Assembly: GCA_046292385.1 (NCBI GenBank)
Contig: JBKBRF010000001.1
Coordinates: 223,305 to 287,304, forward strand
From: Armatimonadota bacterium
Lineage (GTDB): Bacteria > Armatimonadota > SYMT01
Length of the DNA stretch: 64,000 nt
Direction: 5' to 3'
Every line of letters starts with the position of its first letter. Positions within the stretch are counted from its first letter, which is position 1. Below, one piece after another: positions 26,001 to 34,400 of the stretch. The notes below the pieces were generated by a model, which had not been told where the DNA came from, ran no database searches, and saw only the letters and a program-made list of their open reading frames with translations. The position numbers and the translations under genes are program-made.

Positions 26001-28375
26001 GGTATCCGAACCAGTTCAGCGTCGACCCCGACACCGGGGTGGTGACGTTCCTGAACATGGAGAACTTCTCCCTCAACCTGCAGAACATGGTCTCTCCGGC
26101 CCAGGCTGCGGCGCAGGGCGTCGATACCGGCGGCCGGCCCGCCGTGCCGATCAACGTCCGCGTGGGGCGGCAGGGTATGATCGCGTTCCAGGGCACCGTG
26201 CTCGTGCCGCTGCCGCTGGTGGCGGTCTACCAGCCGAACACCGGCGAGCAGTTCCTCTCCAGCCCGGTGATCGCGTCGGACCGGGCGATCCTGATGGGCT
26301 CCGGCGGGTTCATGCACGAGATCCCGCTCAACCCGAAGACGCTGAACCCGAACTTCGGCCTGGGTGCCGGGGCGGGACTGGCGGCGCTGGACCTGCAGGT
26401 CGCGGGCCTGCGGCGGGTCCGGGCCGTCACCGTGGTGCCGCCGACTTCGCCGGTGACCGCGCCGCCGGTGCTCTCGGACGACCTGCTGGTCGCCACCACG
26501 CCGCAGGGGCTCACGTTCTACCGGTCTCCCAACGTGGTGATCGCGGATTCGAACCGGATCATCGAGGCGTCCGGCGACTCCCAGGCGCTCGCGTCTACCG
26601 ACGCGGTGTTGAAGCACCGGGTCGACAACAGCGAGTTCGCCATCCCGACCGATCCGGCGTTCTCCAACACCTTCGGCCGCGCGGTGCTGACGGAGCGATT
26701 GCCGCTGAACCGCCCGTCGACGGTGCGCAAGCTGAACCGCGACAGCAGTCTAACGTCGATCTTCCAGAGCCAGTCGGTGACCAGGATCGGGAATGGGATG
26801 GACCCCACCGTCCAGGAGCATTCCGACCTGGCGACCGAGAGCTACCTGGTGGCGGATACCGGCAACAACCGCTGCGTGGAGTTCAACCCGCTCGGGAAGG
26901 CGGTCTGGGACCTCACCAGCTTCCAGGACCCGTTCAACATCCTTCCGGCCGGGGAATCGCTCTCCCTCCGCTCGCCGATGGACGTGCAGCGCTGGGTGGA
27001 AGTGGAGCGCAACACCGCGGTCTTCGACCCGGGCACCGGGATGTCCGGCACCGCGCCGTTCGTCTATGTGATCCACACGCTGATCGCCGATACCGGCAAC
27101 CACCGGGTGCTGGAGATCGTGGACAAGGTGCTGCCGCAGCCGAACGGCATGTTCACGCCGGCCAGCTTCCCCTACACGCCGAACCAGGTCGGCTCGGACG
27201 GCCAGCCGATCCGGTGGTACCACGTGCTGGTCTGGTCATCCCAGACCAACGCGCAGGGTCTGAAGCTGAACTACCGCACCGCGCAGCGGATCTTCTGGAC
27301 CGACGAGCAGGGCAACCCGATTCCCACGCAGGCGCCGCCTGGAAACGTGCCGGGCGAGGCGGTGCCGCACCCGCCGTATCTCCCGCACGAGCCGTACCTC
27401 AGCTACACCATGTGCGCGGTGAACGGTCAGATCGTGGGTTACCCGGAGACGGGCGCCGCCTACGTGTCGTACAACCGCTTCTACGCGGGGAACGTCCCCG
27501 ATTCGGTGGTACACCGCAAGCCGATAACCCGCGGCGGCGGGGACAGCATCGTCTTCCTGCGCGGGCGCTACCGCGCGGAGCAACCGGGGGAGCTGGCCCA
27601 GGCGCCGCCCGCGGCCGTCGGCTTCGGGGGCGTGGGTCCGTTCGACTTCCGCGTGCCGGTCTCCAACGGCAGCCAGCAGGTGCGGTTCGCGCAGGGCGTG
27701 GTCGATCCGAACGTGCCGGTGCTGACCCATATCTGGGACGACGTCCGCATGTCCGGCGCCAACCTGCGCCCGGTGCACCGGCTGAACGGCATCACCTCCG
27801 TGCAGCGGACCGTGCGCACCGACGTGCGGTTCGCGCCGGACATGTTCTCCCCCAACGCCCCCATGCGCCCGCAGATGTACTTCCTGGTGGCGGATCGGGA
27901 CGGCGTGTGGGAGTGCCGCTTCCTGGCCGGGCAGTTCGTGCCGAACATCAGCGTGCCGGATTGGGATCAGCCCCGGTTCCGGCTCACCTGGGCGCTGAAT
28001 GGCCCGGACTACGCGGCGATCACCGGAGGCCGGCGCCTGACGCCGTCGTCCGCGAGGCGGCTGGACAACGGCATGGTGCTGATCACCAACCGCACTCCGG
28101 CCCCGGATCCGACCGCCGCCAGCGGCAGCGCCATCGGGTCGGACGTCTTCATCCTGCAGCCGGCCGACTTCGCGACGCCGGAGCTGCGCGGCGGGCAGCC
28201 GTACGATCCCGTCAACGTGGCGATGCACGGCTGGCGGCCGGACCGCCTCGTGCAGGCGAACAGCAACCCGAGCATCCGCTGGCGCGCGGCGGAGGTGACG
28301 GCGGCGAACCAACCGCCCAGCCTCGCCGGCAGCTACGTGCCGATTCAGCCGACCTACGCGGACGTGGTGGACTGA
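23066..28375 (+). CDS. Giant secreted protein (1769 aa) with beta-propeller-like repeats; candidate PilY1-like tip protein
   Basis: Signal peptide MLRRAGFILITVALMAAGSLPMAWA; NHL-like YLVADTGNNRCVEF and LIADTGNHRVLEI; PQQ-like LIYYGTGIG and FLSSPVI; lies directly after pilX-like gene and insert. Confidence 0.65.
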   Translation: MLRRAGFILITVALMAAGSLPMAWAARFTQGRTRQLKVCVLTIPTPSEPGSPMAQPDPDAVSQTRSPNPYPYVFYVLQNRGDLKPDGWSFVNPAAPATVSLEQAVRWGVAQGTALKPDMAAYWETPLNERNINVLRQMDVVYLPIARNPVLFTEDQRRMLTTMADSGVTIWVDWALPAATANDAMGGPNPLTRDPFFTNVDFGTVGGTAAVPPVRHPLLEAQYVLQDQEVLQVGSLYGTATAPGASRAVQTRGDAQPTANFTTVIPNSVAPTHLGGYVVAARMGAGYVIGTAGNVGGALAGQILTPANAATVRNQPVDLNRAQDEDLKFAYNIFAWRTEAATVSKDARHTGETNVHVQGLIEQGNFPHLLYPGSAGQPWINYATYAAANPAQLLPNPSSPLIMNGVVVAATRYRDAGNNPVSELNAFQTDPKDDFDSNGYLDDPIPSDATPPNELKDFSLGQPYDRILRLPLGPNTVVTGLTSGEIPDITGAGGAQSYVFATANTGLLSFSAPRPGVPMPTNTQLAPAVPMSYTGPAAFANIPGPIINNQPWVSSQLYAGGVVNSGSPFGGSSNGKVIAWNVAFDGSLNNGALPTPSAGPAWYYPANQEANRMGPVAGPVTVAQVQDAATGAIDTLVFTTSVSSGDSAGDVQGNQGGDTTGKVQGFIVATRGDVLAFPQGANAPGGGNPTAGRRFVSSRWQNLAPGSGAPPSAQELRIDPLKHVEVRVISRATGYVEGRYFAPQPGQTFNATQHIRLLPDGVGGQFELPEPPPAFVSPTIPGQWDLNRFILVADYSPLPVPVDNNAGLSMRPRFNPSTPYERNANGSVQSQIQPTGVAGGVAVGKDNLIYYGTGIGFMCAAEMRKGQAAFRWKMRAQEYLDGSGRSSNVDPTSGAYLNDYAFTAAPAAGSHIVFAARGRGGPGRVYVFDPNATIRFKLPIPQGSLNPTLAREVSIQADHGVGVNPNDPYLFAEQQPWGRYPNQFSVDPDTGVVTFLNMENFSLNLQNMVSPAQAAAQGVDTGGRPAVPINVRVGRQGMIAFQGTVLVPLPLVAVYQPNTGEQFLSSPVIASDRAILMGSGGFMHEIPLNPKTLNPNFGLGAGAGLAALDLQVAGLRRVRAVTVVPPTSPVTAPPVLSDDLLVATTPQGLTFYRSPNVVIADSNRIIEASGDSQALASTDAVLKHRVDNSEFAIPTDPAFSNTFGRAVLTERLPLNRPSTVRKLNRDSSLTSIFQSQSVTRIGNGMDPTVQEHSDLATESYLVADTGNNRCVEFNPLGKAVWDLTSFQDPFNILPAGESLSLRSPMDVQRWVEVERNTAVFDPGTGMSGTAPFVYVIHTLIADTGNHRVLEIVDKVLPQPNGMFTPASFPYTPNQVGSDGQPIRWYHVLVWSSQTNAQGLKLNYRTAQRIFWTDEQGNPIPTQAPPGNVPGEAVPHPPYLPHEPYLSYTMCAVNGQIVGYPETGAAYVSYNRFYAGNVPDSVVHRKPITRGGGDSIVFLRGRYRAEQPGELAQAPPAAVGFGGVGPFDFRVPVSNGSQQVRFAQGVVDPNVPVLTHIWDDVRMSGANLRPVHRLNGITSVQRTVRTDVRFAPDMFSPNAPMRPQMYFLVADRDGVWECRFLAGQFVPNISVPDWDQPRFRLTWALNGPDYAAITGGRRLTPSSARRLDNGMVLITNRTPAPDPTAASGSAIGSDVFILQPADFATPELRGGQPYDPVNVAMHGWRPDRLVQANSNPSIRWRAAEVTAANQPPSLAGSYVPIQPTYADVVD

Positions 28376-28460
28376 CCCCGCGTATACAAGGCGGTAGGTC
28401 CCGTTCGAAGCAGATGAGAGCGACCCCCCGTGGGTTTCGATACGAGAGTATGGTGAGACG

Positions 28461-31400
28461 ATGTTGAAGCGCAGTGCAGTCCTCTGGATGCTGCTGGCAA
28501 GCCTGGCGACGCTGCCGGTCTTTGCTCGAGACTTCCGCTCGTGGCGCACCGACGGAATCCATCTCCGTGGGAGCAGCGTGGGGCAGCAGTCGACTCACCA
28601 GGCGTTCAACCTGTATGAGAGCCTGCTGGATACCGGCGCGCTGGACCTCTCTCTCTACTGGAAAGGCGCCCTCCAGGAGCACGGCGGGATGACGACGGCC
28701 CCGTTTGGGGACGTGCCTCCCACCCAGGCGCTCCGCGACAACCGCGAGCAGGACGCGGAAGTCGACTGGAGCACCTGGGGGCCGGTCGCGAGCAAGGCGC
28801 CCGCGCCGCCGCGCCCGCTCTTTACCCCCAACGTGCCGCAGGCCTGGAGCCCGATGGTGCTCGACCTGGACCAGACCAACGGCGGCAACCCGGACCACGT
28901 GCTCGTCTCCGTCTCGTTCGAGCCGCTGCAGCCGGGAGGCTCCACCCGGGAGCAGGTGCTGAACCTCTACTATCCGCAGGTCGCCGCGGGCCTGCCGCAG
29001 AACGCCACGAGCGTGACCGCGGCGGACCGGGGCACGGTGCGGCCGCTCTGGGTGCGGGGCGGGAATACCAGCACCCCCGGCATGCTGATCCGGAACCTGG
29101 CGCCGGTGCGCGCCAGCCTGACCAACGCCGCGGACCCCGGCGTCGGCGTGGTGACGCACGCCCCGATCCTGGCGCGGGTGCCGGCCACCTTCGCTGCGGC
29201 CCAGAATCCCACTGATCCGAACCGGCAGCCGGAGATCCTGCCGGTCGTCTACCTGGTAGTGGGCACCGGAGAGAACAACGACTTCGCGCGGGTGATCTGC
29301 GTCTCGCTGAAGCGGCCGGACGCGTTCGCGAACGCCGCCGCCAATCCGATCCTGCCGAATCCGGCCAGCTACACCACCGGTACCACCCTCGAGGCGCCGA
29401 ACGGCGACTACTTCAACCCCACCAACGGGGACGGCAACGTCATGTGGTCGTACACCGTGCGCGCCCGCGACGGCGTCGCCGCGACCCCGGTGGCCGGCAT
29501 CTCGTTCGCGGACGTGGGCGACAGCACCCTGCCGGTGCCGCTCGTCTTCCTCACCACTGCGGACGGCCAGGTGATCGCGCTGAACGGCCGGGCGGTGGAC
29601 CAGCGCGACGTGAGCCAGGACGGCGATCCGGCGATCGACGTTCAGAACCCGACGCCCCGCTGGACCTGGGCGACTCCGTCCCGGAACGTCGGCGGCGTGC
29701 CGGAGCTTCCCGGCTTCTCCTACGGCATGGCCCCGGCCGTGGCGCGCGTGCCGCTGGATGAGATGTTCAGCGGCCAGGGCAACAGCAGCCAGACCGTCAC
29801 CAACGCGGCCGCGAAGCACAACGTCACCGAGTGGCCGCTCTACGTGGCGGACAAGCAGGGCACCTTCTGGGCGCTGGAGGCCCCCGGTCGCACCGACCGC
29901 AACGGCAGCGGCGCGGTAACCGGCCACAGCGCCCTGGTGCGCTGGAAGAACGAGGCCGCGGCGGATGCCGCCCGCCTCGACGCGCTGGGTCAGCGGGAGC
30001 GGTTCATCCTGCCGCCGGTGATCTACCAGGGCAACACGCCGATGCTCACCTCCGGCGGCGCCGTGGTGAACGGCAGCAGCGACGTCGGCTTCGACGACCA
30101 GGTGATCTTCGGCGCGGAGAAGGGGAACGTCTTCGCCCTCGACGCGATCGGCGAGCTGATGGTGGAGGGCGCGGCCAACGCGGACGACGGCCGCCCCACC
30201 GGAAATACCTCGTTCCGCTGGCAGTGGCCGCAGGACGATACCACGCTCACCAACGCCGATGATTTTACGAACACCGCGGAAGAGCCGCGGGTCTGGCCTC
30301 GAGAGCTTCGGGACCCGAACCTCTCGACCTCGCCAACTCCGGCCCGGCTTGCGCCGCCGGTGGACCCGGCCGACTACTTCACCCGCAGCCCTCTCGCCGT
30401 GGCGCTGGGCGGAAACTCCAATCCCGACGGGTCAAACCCCAACCTCGATCCGGGCGACGACGCCGTCTTCGTGCCGTACCTGCAGGAACGGGCCGCGGAT
30501 CCGTCCGTGCCGGCCGGGAATCGCGGCTTCTGGGAGTACGTGGGCAGCCTCAAGCCGTACGGCTTCGTGCAGGTGAGCCGTCCGGTCCTGGAGCTTCGTG
30601 AGATCGAGTTCACGCAGGGCGCGGACACCTTCAAGCTGCCGCTCAACACGCTGCGCGTGGGTACCGTCAAGGGGAACGGCCTGCCGAGCAACCTGGTGCA
30701 GACCACGCGGGATCTGAACAACAATCCCGGCGGAGCCAACCCGAACTACGATCCGGTCGGCCTTACGCCGGAAGATACGATCTACTTCGCCGATACCACC
30801 TGGTACGCCGACGAGACCGGAGAGTATGTCACGCTGCCGTTCGGCACGCAGGTGACGATCCGCTACCGCGCGCCGGCGTCACCCTCGGACCTGACGCCGC
30901 AGGACGTGACGGAGACGCTCGTCTTCCCCTCGTGCTATCGGGACATCTCGACCGACCCCGCGGTGATCACCCCGGCGCGCTCCCGCGCCAGCCTGAGCGA
31001 GGCTTACAACCGGCTGGAGCAGCGCAGGATTACCCGCTCCGGCGCTACCTTTACCGTTGAACATGAGAACCCGGCGCTGGTCCCCACCGGCGACTTCCTC
31101 ATCGCGCCGGACGGCGAGGGCGCGCGGCCGCCAGCGATGTTCGGCGCCGGTAGCTCCAGCACGGCGGGCACCCTTCTGGTGCCGTCGCTCTTCCGCGGTC
31201 GCGTCGTCGCCTTCGACCACCGGCTGCGGCTGCAGCGGATCATCCCGGGTTTCTATCATCCCGCGCTTCAGACCGGAGCACTACCGCAGGAGCCGCCGGC
31301 GTTCGGGCCGGCGACCGGGGACCCCGGCTCATTTGTCCAGACCGCACTTGGCACGCCGTTTGTCGAGGATATCCCTGCTTCACGCGTAGCCACGCAGCCG

Positions 31401-34400
31401 GGCTGCCCGGATATCGGCGGCTCGGTGACCGTGGTGGATGGCTGGATCTATCTCACCTACCGCAACGGCCACACGCGCTCCCTGGCAAATGTGAGCGGCG
31501 GAGGTGCCGGTGCCGGCGGCGGCACGGGCGCCAACCCTCCCCTGTGGGAAGGGCTCCCGGGACCGCCGAGCGGTGGTGGTAACCTGGTGCGCGCGCCGCT
31601 TTCCATCCGCATTCTCCGGAATAAGCCGCCGACCGATATCTCTACTTTCAACCCCGGGGCGAACGACTACCGGGACTCGGCCGAGCTGGATGCCTCCGTC
31701 CTTCTCGAGTGGGGAGAGACCCTCTACGCGGAGGTCTATTACGGCCCAGCTAACGAGCTGCCTCCGCTTGGAGCTCCGCCGGCGAGTCCTCACGCGGTGC
31801 CCCAGCCGGGAAGCCTGTATCTCGATCCACAGGTGCTGCAGCGCGAGGTGCAGGGGCAGATCCGCAGCAAGGGGGCGGTGCAGCAGCTCCCCGGCTCCAA
31901 CCGCGGCACGCGTCCCACGGTAGCAAACGGGCGCGTCATCGCGATCGTGCCGATCTTCGCGGGGGTGCCGTCCGGCACGAACCCCCTGACCCCGGGAACA
32001 CCGCTGCTCTGGGAGAAGACCTCGCCTGAATTCAAGTCGGAGTTGACCTACGAGTACCAGGTCACCCAGCCGGGTCTTCAGTGGCGGTGGCCCGGTCCGG
32101 ATACCGATAACGACGGACAGTACGATCCGGATCCCAAGAAGGTCCACTTCTGGGAGGTCGAGCCGGCGCAGAACGGCAATCCGTATCCCACGACGGCGGG
32201 CCCCGGCAACTGGGCCTGGGCGGACAGTCCGGCGACCACCGATGTGGTGGAAAACGAGTACGCGCCGCTGGTGTCGTACAACAACCCGATCGCCCTCTAC
32301 TACGATCCGGACCTCAACCCGGCCAGCAACGTGTTCGGAATGTGGGACGGCGGCACCGGGCGCAACGCCGTGGGCACCGAGGTGACCTACACCGATCGGC
32401 TGGCTCGAGGGCGGCGCAACGGCGACCTGTACGAGACCCCGTACGTGGACGGCTCCCGCTCCGGCTCCGGCCGGCCGGTGGTGCCGACGGTCGGCGTGGC
32501 GGTGGCGGGCGGCGAGGCGCGGCAGGTGCTCTTCGGCGAGCACGGCAAGAGCACCCCGCTCGACTCCACCGTCTATCCCGGCGCCTCCAAGCTGGGGGTA
32601 GCGGACCGCAGCCACCTGGCGCTGGCCGGCCGCTCGCTGCAGATTCGGGTGCAGCCGGCGCCGCTGACCAAGCTGGGCGCGGGCGCCCACTTCGGCACCC
32701 TGAACAACGCGGCGCTGCGGGATACCAACCCCAACCGGCCCAAGGGCTCCTTCGACCAGAACCTGAACTACTGGGACGACGGCGCGCACGGGATGTACTC
32801 CAGCCTGCCGGAGTCTCAGCTGGTGGTGAGCAAGGTCGGCACCGCGCTGAACCTGACCAGCGCACCGGTGCAGGTCTCCGGGCGCAACCCGGACGGCTCG
32901 CTGCCCAACTTCAACCAGTTCGAGCAGCTCGCGGTGCAGGTCGATATCCCGCGGTTCGCCGCGGACGACGTGTACGGAACCCGGTGGCGCTTTACCGGCC
33001 AGAATGGGGTTAACCCGACCGATCCGCGCGCCAACTTCAACCCGTACTACCCCAGCACCGTGGCGGGACCGAACGGGCAGGCCGGCCGCTCCTACTGGGA
33101 CCGCGCGGAGCAGTTCAGCAAGGGCCCGGTGCCAACGAACAACACCAGTGGGCCGCTCCCGGCCGCGAACGAGGACCGGTCCTCCACTTACGTGCCGAGC
33201 GCTGCCTACGACCCGGCCGGGGCGCAGACGCCCCAGCAGATCGTCAGCCAGACCGACTACTACGACGACCGCATGAAGCGCGTCGTGTTGTTCAACGACG
33301 CCAACAACAACGGCCAGCTCGACCTGAGCCCGAACTTCCGGGAAGCGTACCGCACCTTCGCGGTCCAGGTGGTGGTCAAGCCGGAGCTGCGGGTGGAAGC
33401 CCAGCAGCAGGGGGTGGACCTGGGCGCCGTGTGGCACGGCAAGAAGGGCCCCGGCATGACGCCCGACACTCTACCCAACCTGTGGGAGTGGCAGCGGATG
33501 GAGTCGTGGCGGCTCGCCGGCAATCCCTCCGAGCAGGCCCTGGGCACCTTCTACAAGCAGTACTGGCGGCCGTTCAACCTGGTGAACACCGGCAACGTGA
33601 ACATGCCGTTCATCAAGCCGGAGCTGGTTTTCCAGCTCCCGAACCAGCCGGCGAAGTACATCGCCCTGGCGGGCGAGGGCAACGACCCGTGGCGGGCGCT
33701 GCCGTTGGTGAACCCGCTGGCCACCAACGACCTCCGCGATCCGTTCCAGATCTTCCTGCGGACCTCGCTGGACGACATGATGACCGACGGCGATCCGTAC
33801 GGGTTCAATCCTCGTTCCGGCGCCTGGTTGCAGAAGGCTCCCGTCGGTGCCGCGAACCCCGGATCGGTGGTTTACGTCCACGACGCGTTCCCGAACCAGC
33901 CGAACCTCAATCCGGAGGCTCGTGACCCGAGTAACGGCGGTCGCCCGCGGGATACCTGGCTGGCGCTGAACCTTCCGCTCGGCACCCCGCTGGGAACCTA
34001 CTCCGGCTCGGTCCGGTTCTACAACGACCGCGTCGTTTCGTTCCAGGAGTCGCCCAACCAGGGCGTCGGCTTCCAGTATCTTGGCGCCGACACGCGCAAC
34101 GGTATCCTGAACCGCGATACCACCGGCTCCACCCTGGAAGCGGCCACCGATCCGCCGGTGCGGCTCAAGGTGAAGGTGATCGAGAACGTGGCGCAGGGCC
34201 GGCAGCGGCCCGCCGCCACCGCGCAGGACCAGGACCGCCGCGTCGCCCCGACCGGGGTGATCGACTTCGACCAGAACGGCGCGCTGCGCGGGCTGCTGGT
34301 CGGCTACGCGACCAACTTCCTGGGTCTCTACACCCCGGCCGGCGCGCCGCTGCCGCAGCGGGAGCCGAACCGGTTCGACCTCTTCGCCACCCGCGTCCTG

